In this document: positions 9,196-17,862 of the stretch, piece by piece
Numbering within the stretch: position 1 is the stretch's first letter
Layout: every line of letters starts with the position of its first letter
Assembly: GCA_016839605.1 (NCBI GenBank)
Contig: JAEOTX010000044.1
Location: 1 to 64,000, forward strand
Reading direction: 5' to 3'
Length of the DNA: 64,000 nt
DNA from: Candidatus Thorarchaeota archaeon
GTDB taxonomy: Archaea; Asgardarchaeota; Thorarchaeia; Thorarchaeales; Thorarchaeaceae
Position numbers and translations under genes: made by a program
Notes under the pieces: model-generated
Database searches by the model: none
Told to the model about the DNA's origin: nothing
The model's input: the letters and a program-made list of their open reading frames with translations, nothing else

Positions 9196-10347
9196 GTGAG
9201 TTCAATGGCAGGAAAAGAACTTGATATCAAACTCCTAGAAGACCTGTGTAATTCATTCGGTCCAAGCGGACATGAACATGAGGCACAGAAGATTGCTAGA
9301 GACTACGGAGCCAAATACGCTGATGAGGTCCTCTATGACCGTATGGGATCTGTTGTATTCCGCAGGGGGGACAAGGGCCCAAAGATAATGTTGGCTGGAC
9401 ACGTAGACGAGATTGGTTTCGTCATAACTGAGATCGATAAGAAGGGATTTCTCCGTTTTCACCAGCTAGGTGGATGGTGGGACCAGACCCTTCTCACACA
9501 GGAGGTTGTAATCAAGCCCTCTCGTGGAAACAAGAAGATAATTGGTGTAATAGGAGCGCCTCCACCACACGTTCTAGGCCCTGAACAACGCTCTAAGGTG
9601 GTCACAAAGGAAAAGATGTTCATTGACATTGGATGCAGCTCAGCAAAAGAAGTCAAAGAATTGGGAATCCGAGTCGGAGATCCAGGCGTGCCGAATGCCA
9701 TCTTCAGAACAATGAATCGAACCCGGAAAGAAAAGAAGAATGAGGACGATAAGGATGCTGAAGAAGAAACCCGAGAAGTGACACTGGCTGTAGCAAAGGC
9801 CTTTGATGATCGGATTGGAGTTTTCATCGCTCTTGAAGTTCTCAGGAGGCTTTCCGAAGATGATATCTCGCACCCGAACATTGTCTATGCAGTTTCTACA
9901 ACTCAAGAAGAGGTCGGACTGAGGGGTGCTAGAACTGCTGCTCAGATGCTTTTGCCAGATATTGGATTTGCACTAGATGTAGACGTTTCAGGTGATGTGC
10001 CTGGGGTTAAGGGGCTTGTTCAAAAGATGGGCAAAGGTGTAGCAATCTCCGCTGGCGATGGATCAATGATCCCGAATCCAAAGTTCCGTCAGTTTGTCCT
10101 CAACATTGCAGAGGAGAAGGGTCTCAGACATCAACCTGCATTTCTGAAATCTGGAGGGACTGATGCTGGTGTTATCCATATTACAGGAATGGGTGCTCCC
10201 TCACTGTTCATCGGAGTTCCGACAAGACACATACACTCCCACCATGGAATGCTTGACCTGACAGATGTTGAGAATGCTGTCGAGCTTCTAGTCGAAGTCA
10301 TTAAGAGACTCGATGAAAAAACTGTCAAGAGCTTCACTGAACTCTAA
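9196..10347 (+). CDS. M42 family aminopeptidase (TET/Frv-like)
   Basis: AGHVDEIG, KAFDDRIG, QEEVGLRGA, GGTDAG, RHIHS. Confidence 0.93.
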   Translation: MSSMAGKELDIKLLEDLCNSFGPSGHEHEAQKIARDYGAKYADEVLYDRMGSVVFRRGDKGPKIMLAGHVDEIGFVITEIDKKGFLRFHQLGGWWDQTLLTQEVVIKPSRGNKKIIGVIGAPPPHVLGPEQRSKVVTKEKMFIDIGCSSAKEVKELGIRVGDPGVPNAIFRTMNRTRKEKKNEDDKDAEEETREVTLAVAKAFDDRIGVFIALEVLRRLSEDDISHPNIVYAVSTTQEEVGLRGARTAAQMLLPDIGFALDVDVSGDVPGVKGLVQKMGKGVAISAGDGSMIPNPKFRQFVLNIAEEKGLRHQPAFLKSGGTDAGVIHITGMGAPSLFIGVPTRHIHSHHGMLDLTDVENAVELLVEVIKRLDEKTVKSFTEL

Positions 10348-10366
10348 TTCTCCGGATAAAGCTGTT

Positions 10367-10392
10367 TGGTCCAGCTCTTGTATGCTGGACCA
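10367..10392. terminator. Inverted repeat between convergent genes (putative terminator)
   Basis: TGGTCCAGC-N8-GCTGGACCA between the M42 and ino1 stop codons. Confidence 0.5.
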
Positions 10393-10416
10393 GATAGTTT
10401 CTATTAGCTGTGCAGG

Positions 10417-11505
10417 CTATCTCTCTCTCTTGCCATCAATAAACTCGTCAACACGCTTTCTGGCTTCAAAGTCATCGATTTGATATCTCGGATGCTTGAA
10501 ACTGTAGGAGCTTATGCTTGAGAGCTCGCCTCCAATACCACGATCAAGGGCTATCTTGACTGCTCTTGCAACATCAATGATGACTCCTGCTGAATTTGGT
10601 GAGTCCTGTACTGATAGTTTGAGATCAAGATCAATTGGCAAGTCGCCAAATGCTTTCGAACGCATGCTGATGTAACAGACCTTGTTGTCGTCAAGAAACG
10701 GAACATAATCGCTAGGTCCGATCTTGGTGGGGAGTTCGTACTCCACACAGCTAGTGACTGCCTCTGTCTTGCTAATCCGCTTGGAGCTTAGCCTATCTTC
10801 AACCTGCATGTTTTCAAAGTCAGTATTCCCGCCGATGTTCAACTGGTAGGTATTATCTAGGATTAATCCTCGCTTGTCAAATAACTGTGCAAGTACTCTG
10901 TGCAGAATGGTGGCACCAAGTTGACTCTTGATGTCATCACCCGCACATGGAAGTCCCTTTGCTAAGAATCCCTTTGCAATTGGGTCTTCTGGATCTGATA
11001 CGATAAACTCTGGTATTGCGTTGATGAAACCAATGCCTGCCTCTAGTGCTGCTTCAGCATAGAATCGCGAACTGTCAGCGCTACCTACAGGGAGATAGCT
11101 GACCAGCATATCTGCCTTTGACTTCTTGAGTTCCTCCATAACATCAACAGATTCCATCTCGTTCTCATCGTAGGCGAAGAACGATTCCCTCATATGAGGA
11201 GCAACTCCGTCTGAAATTGGACCTGGCAACACCTTTACACCAGTCTTGGGGACATCAGGGCTGAAAGGCACACAACAATTAGGCTCTTCCCATATTGCAT
11301 CAGCAATGTCCTTTCCAATTTTCCTTCTGTTGGCTTCGAAAGCTGCAACAAACTTCAGGTCCTTCGGGAAATACCCGCCGAAATCAACATGCATTAGACC
11401 AGGTACTTCATCCTCGGCCTTCGAGTCTTTGTAATAGTGCACTCCCTGGATAAGTGCTGATGCGCAGTTTCCAAGTCCTGCAATCGCTATGCGAACGTCT
11501 CCCAT
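10417..11505 (-). CDS. ino1: myo-Inositol-1-phosphate synthase
   Basis: IAIAGLGNCASALIQG, YLPVGS, GDDIKSQLGAT, QLNIGGNTDF, DSPNSAG; start trimmed to MGDVRIA. Confidence 0.95.
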   Translation of the reverse strand: MGDVRIAIAGLGNCASALIQGVHYYKDSKAEDEVPGLMHVDFGGYFPKDLKFVAAFEANRRKIGKDIADAIWEEPNCCVPFSPDVPKTGVKVLPGPISDGVAPHMRESFFAYDENEMESVDVMEELKKSKADMLVSYLPVGSADSSRFYAEAALEAGIGFINAIPEFIVSDPEDPIAKGFLAKGLPCAGDDIKSQLGATILHRVLAQLFDKRGLILDNTYQLNIGGNTDFENMQVEDRLSSKRISKTEAVTSCVEYELPTKIGPSDYVPFLDDNKVCYISMRSKAFGDLPIDLDLKLSVQDSPNSAGVIIDVARAVKIALDRGIGGELSSISSYSFKHPRYQIDDFEARKRVDEFIDGKRER

Positions 11506-11570
11506 GAGATTACACCTCTTCTCAGGTATTCTATAGTCATAGAATAGTTTCACTTTTTAAAACTTGTGAG

Positions 11571-12398
11571 CTAGTCCTTTTCCTCATCATCCACCTTGTC
11601 ATCATCAATTTTTGGGATATAATCTGAGTAGAGTAGCTTTTTAGCTGATTCAACTGTCTTAGCTCCAATGCCAGGTAATTGAGACCACTCATCAGTTCGA
11701 GTGATAATTTCAAATGGGGAACCAAATTTCTCTAGGAGACTTCTAGCTCGCACAACGTTGATTCCGGGGAAGCCAGCTATGAAGAATTCCTGTTCATCTA
11801 CGACAGAGCCTAGTCCCTTTCGCGTTCTGATTACTGGAAGTCTCTTCCCCTTCCCCTTATCCCTCTCAATTTGTTCAGTAACTAAGCCGAATAGCAGTCC
11901 TGCAGAATGCGACGCGTTAAATCCTGAGATTACTTGGATTCCTTTCTCCCGTACGCTTTCAATCAAGGCGTCTAGAGCGCTTGGATGAATATAGCTCGCC
12001 CTCTCCATGGTGACAACGTAAGGTCTGCCCTTCGTCTGTTTTGTCTTGAATGGTACATATACGCAACCCTTCATGGGGTCTCGTCGAATTGCAAGAATGT
12101 TCTCAATCAGAAGATACGGCTTTTCATATTGAAGAAGGGCATCCATCTGTTTTGTGAATCGAGGTACTCCAGCTGCACTGCCTTTTAGCGTGTTGACAAG
12201 GTCTGATACTGTTTTCCTCTCAATAGCTACGCCCTCAGGTCCCAATACATCTCCGATGGGTATCTTCTCCACAGTATAGGAAATCTCTTCCTTGTCAAGC
12301 ATGCTCATTAGTTGTTTGACGGCATTTGTACGTTTTCCACCTGTTTCATGAACATCAATAACAACTTCAGGGACATTCCCAAACAGGTCCATTTGCAT
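11571..12398 (-). CDS. Short XPF/ERCC4-family structure-specific nuclease with tandem HhH
   Basis: VIDVHE, GD...IERKTVSDL nuclease motif; FPGIN and LPGIGAKT helix-hairpin-helix motifs. Confidence 0.88.
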   Translation of the reverse strand: MQMDLFGNVPEVVIDVHETGGKRTNAVKQLMSMLDKEEISYTVEKIPIGDVLGPEGVAIERKTVSDLVNTLKGSAAGVPRFTKQMDALLQYEKPYLLIENILAIRRDPMKGCVYVPFKTKQTKGRPYVVTMERASYIHPSALDALIESVREKGIQVISGFNASHSAGLLFGLVTEQIERDKGKGKRLPVIRTRKGLGSVVDEQEFFIAGFPGINVVRARSLLEKFGSPFEIITRTDEWSQLPGIGAKTVESAKKLLYSDYIPKIDDDKVDDEEKD

Positions 12399-12409
12399 AT
12401 TGATTCCTC

Positions 12410-13120
12410 TCAGAAAAGCGTCATTACAGCCGCCATCGAGACTTCGCGAGCGAGATTCGGATCATCAGCTGATCCAATGATAATGACATCGTTTTCCGCA
12501 GGTCTTAGACTCTCTAAAATAAGAAGAGTTTCTCTCTCATACTCTATGAGTGTTTGAAAGTCATCTGGCGGCATGACTATGGAGCCATGCTTCATAATCA
12601 GAGTAGTCGCTCCAGCGCTATCGTAGCCGCCCCTTATGATGGCTTCATCTCGCTGCCTAATCCCGTCTCTTACATCATCGCCTTTGTTCCTTACTAGGTT
12701 TGCATAGGCGTTCTCATACATGACAAGGGCTGACGCGTCGAGGAAAAGGCCCAATGGGACTTCTTTCGAAACCTCATCGAAGAGCTGCTGACCCTTCTCA
12801 GTCAATCTCTGTCCTTGTTTGCCTTCAGGGGAAATATACCCCGATTCAGTCAATCTCTTCAGGAGTGTGCGTGCACTTCCCTCCCCTACGGACAGATTCT
12901 GACAGAGTTCATACCTGCCGAGTGGTTGCTCCCGTCCAATCATCACCAAGGTAACTGCTGCATGATGCGGTCCAAATGCAGGAGCCACTCTGCCGTCCGC
13001 TGCTCCTACAAGACGAACGAATTTCTCTTTCCAAGACACATTAGGACGCTCCAATCTCTTCTCTCCAGGTTCACTTTTTACTCTTCTCTCAGGATGGACA
13101 ATTGAGTTCCAGGGTCCCAA
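12410..13120 (-). CDS. Winged-helix protein (DUF4443/DUF2111-like)
   Basis: PLGRYELCQNLSVGEGSARTLLKRL HTH plus GIRQRDEAI...GATT; true start probably downstream of 13120. Confidence 0.75.
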   Translation of the reverse strand: MGPWNSIVHPERRVKSEPGEKRLERPNVSWKEKFVRLVGAADGRVAPAFGPHHAAVTLVMIGREQPLGRYELCQNLSVGEGSARTLLKRLTESGYISPEGKQGQRLTEKGQQLFDEVSKEVPLGLFLDASALVMYENAYANLVRNKGDDVRDGIRQRDEAIIRGGYDSAGATTLIMKHGSIVMPPDDFQTLIEYERETLLILESLRPAENDVIIIGSADDPNLAREVSMAAVMTLF

Positions 13121-13641
13121 ATGAGGGAAGCAAACTGACTCCGTATTATGCTATCAAGACGCAACGTAACTCCAGCAAAGATGATCGCATTTGATACAAC
13201 ATGTATGATCATGAATGATAAGCCGGCTAGTAGCGTAATCCAATAGGAAATACCAGTTGCCCATGCATAACCCAAGTTTGTGAGCAAATCGAAGTAGAAT
13301 GTTAGAAATGCTCCTACAATTCCTAGTTGCCAATCCTTAGTCAATCGTGAAGATGCAGATTGGCCGCTTAATCCTATGAGTGAGCCCGCGAAGGCGATGT
13401 AAACCCATCCAATTAGCTGGGTGATCCATATCTGAGGAATCAGCCCTCCCCACGGATTGATCGACCCAAAGATAATCGCTGTCAGCAATGCACTTGACGC
13501 ACTGATGCGAAATCCAAAAACATAGCCTGTGATGAAGAGTATTGCTGACCCGAGCTCGACGTTGGGTATTCCTACAAAGATATAGTTCCCAGTAAGAGCA
13601 AGCCCTGTCATTATTGCAGTTATAGAAACCCGACGGCTCAT
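13078..13641 (-). CDS. ECF transporter S component (CbrT-like, possibly cobalamin)
   Basis: Hydrophobic 5-6 TM protein with IPNVE, FDLLTN and HVVSN motifs of ECF S components; in an operon with a DUF4430 protein. Confidence 0.75.
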   Translation of the reverse strand: MSRRVSITAIMTGLALTGNYIFVGIPNVELGSAILFITGYVFGFRISASSALLTAIIFGSINPWGGLIPQIWITQLIGWVYIAFAGSLIGLSGQSASSRLTKDWQLGIVGAFLTFYFDLLTNLGYAWATGISYWITLLAGLSFMIIHVVSNAIIFAGVTLRLDSIIRSQFASLIWDPGTQLSILREE

Positions 13642-13690
13642 GTTAATGCTTGAATCTGAACGGGCTTCTTGCTGCAAATTACTGTCACTC

Positions 13691-14434
13691 CTATCTTCGT
13701 ATCTTAATTATTGCCACCGCTAACACTGCAACCAGAGCAATCGCGACGCCTACCCAGAGAAAGGTGGGATCAACTGACGGAACATAAATCCCCTCAAGCT
13801 CTAGGATTAGCGAATATGGGGTTCCAAATGAGTAGCTAGTATTCGCCTTTACCATGACTCCAGTCACCAAATCATACGCTAGCGTAGTCAGTTGTGGATC
13901 GCCAAAGCTCACAGGATCCTGTTCATACTCGAAGATTATACAATTGTAGGATGTGCCATTAGCGACAACTTCCCCGAATGAGGATTCCATAGTCCCGTTG
14001 AGATAGTTGCCAGCAACCCTTTCGGCGGAGGCATATGCGGTCTGATTCAAATCCTCTATGTTTGTGTCACCTATTTCCACGATGAGACCGGGAAACCATG
14101 GAGTGAGTCCCCAGACTCCTAAGATCAAATCCATAGCAATCTCAGTATCATTCGATGTCCAGGTGGCATTGCCAAGAGTCAGCTCTCCTCCGATATCATC
14201 ACCAACGCGAGTCACATCAAATATCATCTGACTGTCCTTTTCAGCAATCCATGCTTCTGTTCCTGACCAAAAGAGTGCAAATGCATCATTTGGAGCATCT
14301 TCAACAGTCCATGCTATTCTGGTACTGACTGAAACTCTTGGCGATAAATCTGGACTATTGCCAGTCGGAGTTATCACAGCTGGAGCGAATAAGAAGAGTG
14401 TGACAATAATCAAAGTAATTCCAAGATTCTTCAT
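13691..14434 (-). CDS. Secreted, C-terminally anchored hypothetical protein
   Basis: Signal peptide, several N-x-S/T sequons, C-terminal TM followed by KIRR. Confidence 0.75.
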   Translation of the reverse strand: MKNLGITLIIVTLFLFAPAVITPTGNSPDLSPRVSVSTRIAWTVEDAPNDAFALFWSGTEAWIAEKDSQMIFDVTRVGDDIGGELTLGNATWTSNDTEIAMDLILGVWGLTPWFPGLIVEIGDTNIEDLNQTAYASAERVAGNYLNGTMESSFGEVVANGTSYNCIIFEYEQDPVSFGDPQLTTLAYDLVTGVMVKANTSYSFGTPYSLILELEGIYVPSVDPTFLWVGVAIALVAVLAVAIIKIRR

Positions 14435-14439
14435 TGCTA

Positions 14440-14955
14440 TCAGTTCCTTCCATTCAACGAGTACAAAACAATCAGAAAGCCTATTCCAAGAACTCCAAGC
14501 ACAATTGTGCCAAGTAGAAGAGAATTGTCTGGCGCTGTAGGATTCGGATTACCAACCTGCGATGTTGTATATCTCCAAACAATGGTGTCATTATCTTGAA
14601 TCTGATAGGCGTTTGCAGATACAACGCTGAGCTCGCTATTAACCCAATATTGCCACCAAAGCCCTGCGTCATCGCTCTCGGAAACGCCACCAATTGACTT
14701 TACAAACGCTAGGTTACCGAACCAATCAACTCCTACGGGGAGAACTGACTCGGTAGCTTCTAGAACATTAGCTCCACGGACATCTTCGTAAGTGTTTATG
14801 GTCCCGTTTCCAAAATCTACCTGCAGTGTCACATTTCTTGCCAAAGCTATTGTATGATTTCGATCTGTGACTGAGAGCCCTGCAATCCCTGTTGGCATGA
14901 GTGTTATTGTCAATGCCACAATCTGGATGATTCTCAGAAGCTTCACAATCGACAC
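14440..14955 (-). CDS. DUF4430 (transcobalamin C-terminal-like) surface protein
   Basis: FVKSIGGV...WWQYWVNSELSVVSANAYQIQDNDTIVWRY; signal peptide and C-terminal TM. Confidence 0.8.
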   Translation of the reverse strand: MSIVKLLRIIQIVALTITLMPTGIAGLSVTDRNHTIALARNVTLQVDFGNGTINTYEDVRGANVLEATESVLPVGVDWFGNLAFVKSIGGVSESDDAGLWWQYWVNSELSVVSANAYQIQDNDTIVWRYTTSQVGNPNPTAPDNSLLLGTIVLGVLGIGFLIVLYSLNGRN

Positions 14956-14960
14956 GGTCC

Positions 14961-14982
14961 TAGGATAGGTTAACCTATCCTA
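14961..14982. promoter_or_regulatory. Perfect 22-bp palindrome (putative operator) at the start of the DUF4430-ECF operon
   Basis: TAGGATAGGTTAACCTATCCTA lies between a minus-strand TATA-like TTTATTAC (14993-15000) and the GTG at 14955. Confidence 0.6.
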
Positions 14983-15035
14983 CGAAGAATCGGTAATAAA
15001 CGTTGCTAACTCATTCTGACTATCCGAAGTTGGGC

Positions 15036-15206
15036 CGTGGACACCCGAAATAGCGAATCGGGGGCATGAGAACTCTGCAAGGGGACCTTGGCCCCCCTAT
15101 AAAGGGGACCCAAAGAACGAACGAACGCGGTTGGACGCAAGTCGCTATCGCAGTTTGTTACATGGGAGGGGGATGCCCTACCGATTTCTCACCTCGAGTG
15201 TCCACG
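15036..15206 (-). ncRNA. Candidate structured ncRNA or leader (unknown family)
   Basis: Terminal stem CGTGGACAC/GTGTCCACG extended by G-U pairs only on the minus strand, nested AATCGG/CCGATT and GGGCAT/ATGCCC helices, internal hairpins; no ORF in the track. Confidence 0.5.
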
Positions 15207-15400
15207 TCGAGAATAATACCTTGAGATCCCCTTTGGTCCTCACATGAATACTGATTCATGTTCCTAATAAACATTGTATGGCGATAGGAAGGTACTCATG
15301 AGTGAGTACGCGATATTATCCAGATATATTACATGACCGAAGCATCTAATACAATACTGGGTCCGGGAGTTTAGTACATGACCTAGGAGAAATCTCAACA

Positions 15401-16036
15401 GTGAAGGGAATGCTCTTTGTCTTGGAGGGTGTTGATGGGGCTGGAAAAACAGCTGTATGTGATAGACTAGTTGACATCCTTAGCGATGAAGGTCATGACG
15501 TGATACGGCTAAGAGAGCCAACTGATGAGAATGAGTGGGGTCAAGAGATACGAGCTCGCTCCCCAAAAGGTGAACTGACACCTCAAGAGGAGCTTGAACT
15601 CTTTATCCGTGACAGAGAATGGCATGTCCAAAATCGGATTCTACCGGCACTTGAATCTGGGAAAATCATCCTCATGGACCGGTATTTCTTTGCGACTGGT
15701 GCATATCAATCCACAAGCACAGGCCTGCACTGGATGGATATATTGAAGCGCAACAGAGAAGAGATTTCTGCGCCAGAACCAGACATAGTGTTCATACTTG
15801 ATGTTCCCATCGAAACTGGTCTCAAGAGGGTCAGTGAGAGAAAGGGCAGTCTAAATGAGCAGTTCGAACAATATGGCCGATTGGTCAAGGTACGAAAGGC
15901 ATACCTCGAGATGACCGAAGCTGACACAGGCAATTTCATCTTTATCGATGCAAGAAGATCTATCGAACTTGTGGTCGCCGAGGTCCATTATCATGTAGAT
16001 AAGTACATTCGAGAGCGCCAAAATGAGGTAAGTTGA
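15401..16036 (+). CDS. tmk: Thymidylate kinase
   Basis: LEGVDGAGKT, LREP, DRYFFATGAYQ, PDIVFILDV. Confidence 0.95.
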   Translation: MKGMLFVLEGVDGAGKTAVCDRLVDILSDEGHDVIRLREPTDENEWGQEIRARSPKGELTPQEELELFIRDREWHVQNRILPALESGKIILMDRYFFATGAYQSTSTGLHWMDILKRNREEISAPEPDIVFILDVPIETGLKRVSERKGSLNEQFEQYGRLVKVRKAYLEMTEADTGNFIFIDARRSIELVVAEVHYHVDKYIRERQNEVS

Positions 16037-16172
16037 GTTCCAAAAGGCTTCAAAATAACGCCCCGGTGGGTTACGCGAAGCCTCTAGTGACAAGCTTTTT
16101 TAGGTAGCCACGGCTGAACGTCTCAGACTAGCTCCTATAGACCAGTCTATACAGGGACCGGAGATAGATAGA

Positions 16173-17312
16173 ATGCCCGTTGCCATGCTCTTGATTGATT
16201 GGGACAGCAAAATCGGCGCAGTGCTGAAAGCTAAGGTTCCAACGGACTTCGCGGACTACTACCGAGAAGACTTGAATACAGAGATTATGAGGATTTTTAC
16301 TTCACACGCTATGGGTGATGCCACAGCAGGATTTTCATCCCTCAGTGTTCGCATTGGAGGGGAAGAGTATAATGTGGCCTCCTATTATACGGGGATAGTG
16401 AGAGAGGAAGAGCAATACTGTATCAGTTTGCTTCTAACCCCCTCTGAGGATCCCAAGATCTACGAGGCTGCCATCACTTCAATTGTGTCGCCATTGACAA
16501 ATGCTGTAGTCGCGATGACGGATGCTGAGCTCAAGACTGAGCTCGATAACACATACCGGAGAATCATTCGACTTGCTGGTATGACTGATGAATCCAGACT
16601 TGCCCGTCTCTTCTCAGATGAGATCTCTCGAGCCGTCTTTCCAAAGCTCTGGAAAGGAGGCATCTCCAAGGAGGATCTTGAGGAGTGGCTCAAGATGGTC
16701 ACTGGTCTGCCCAGTGTATCTGTCGATTCAATCATTGCTCCATTTGAGGAGCTTGGTCTCGTTAAGAGCGAATGGGTTGATGAAATCGGCCGTACTTGTG
16801 TCTTCATGATAAAGGACCTTGAGGTGTTCCGTGCGCCTCCATTGCTATCAATGGAATCTGCGGGATCTGTTCTTGACCCTGAGCTCACAGCAGAGTACAA
16901 GTCTGAGGTTCTTGAATTCCTCACAGAATGGCAAAAGACACCAGAGGATACAGTCTCAGTAGCTTCCATTCTTGCAGATCCTGACTGCTATGATACTTTG
17001 AATGAGCTCCGGCGGAGACCCGTAAACATCTCTGAGCTCGAAGCTACTCTCGGAATTCCCCCGAAGGAATTGAAGCAGGCTGTTCAGACATTGAAGAAGT
17101 TTAGAGTGGTTTCAGAAAGAAGAAGAAAGGGAGCATCTGGCGAATATGACAAATGGCTGTTCCTCCTCAACGATATTCGTGTGAGGCTCTTCTTCCCAGA
17201 GTACTTCCTCCAGACGCTAGTCACCGAGCTGGAGAAGACTCCTGACGACCCAAAGGCAATGGAGATGGTCCATCATCACCTTCGCCTTCTGAGAGACAAC
17301 TTCCCGCGATAA
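16173..17312 (+). CDS. Asgard-type protein with N-terminal longin/uDENN-like domain and C-terminal winged-helix-like region
   Basis: LIDWDSKIGAVLKAKVP...FSSLSVRIGGEEYNVASYYTG...CISLLL beta/alpha pattern; C-terminal ISELEATLGIPPKELKQAVQTLKKFRVV HTH. Domain names are inferred. Confidence 0.55.
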   Translation: MPVAMLLIDWDSKIGAVLKAKVPTDFADYYREDLNTEIMRIFTSHAMGDATAGFSSLSVRIGGEEYNVASYYTGIVREEEQYCISLLLTPSEDPKIYEAAITSIVSPLTNAVVAMTDAELKTELDNTYRRIIRLAGMTDESRLARLFSDEISRAVFPKLWKGGISKEDLEEWLKMVTGLPSVSVDSIIAPFEELGLVKSEWVDEIGRTCVFMIKDLEVFRAPPLLSMESAGSVLDPELTAEYKSEVLEFLTEWQKTPEDTVSVASILADPDCYDTLNELRRRPVNISELEATLGIPPKELKQAVQTLKKFRVVSERRRKGASGEYDKWLFLLNDIRVRLFFPEYFLQTLVTELEKTPDDPKAMEMVHHHLRLLRDNFPR

Positions 17313-17464
17313 ACACCTGACATCGGCTCATCTCATACGTAATGCATTACAGTAAACGCCATTCTTGCACAGTGGGCCTTTTTTGGTACCGCTAACGGTC
17401 TATGAACCGCCTTTTCGTTATTTCGGAAACCAGAAAGCTTCATATGTTGCATCATCAAGGACTC

Positions 17465-17704
17465 CGGTGGTCTGCACCTTAGGGTGCTGGCTGCCTTTGT
17501 CGCGGAACGCACGACTTCCCCGTCAAAAGAACTCGAATTCACAACACACGGTCCCTTACGAGTTCTAGCATTGGACTCTTGAAGCGTGCGCTTCAAGAGG
17601 ATGAATCCCCTTGCAAACAATACTTGCGCAAAAGAGAATTTTCGCGTGCGTTCGGCCTGAAGGCCCGACGGATGCGGAGGATCGCCTAGCGAGCCTCTGC
17701 GTCC
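17465..17704. ncRNA. Candidate large multibranched structured RNA (unknown family)
   Basis: At least six helices in a 550-nt intergenic gap, e.g. GAACGCACG/CGTGCGTTC, AGAACTCG/CGAGTTCT, CTCTTGAAGCG/CGCTTCAAGAG, GGATGCGGAGG/CCTCTGCGTCC. Confidence 0.45.
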
Positions 17705-17862
17705 CAACATAATCTATCTGTTTTCTGCCACCTTAGTATCCTGTATAAAGCAACATACCGTGAAATACGAAGGGTTGACCGTGAATGCTTTAAAATAGCA
17801 TTCAAACCTAGACCTAGTACTGAAAATATCGCATGACCTCCCAATTAGATGGTGAAACCTAG

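Noticed and set aside
15036-15206. Canonical cobalamin riboswitch
   Set aside because: The context fits, but the conserved GGGAA, GCCACUG and B12-box sequences are not found in order; kept only as an unknown RNA.
17395-17530. Possible RNase P or SRP RNA (minus-strand GGGGAAGUC and AACGAAAAGGCGGUUCAU resemble conserved regions)
   Set aside because: The two segments cannot form the P4 helix, and no SRP helix-8 motif is visible.
17333-17710. 125-aa minus-strand ORF in the structured intergenic region
   Set aside because: No recognisable motif and atypical composition; it coincides with dense inverted repeats that are better explained as RNA structure.
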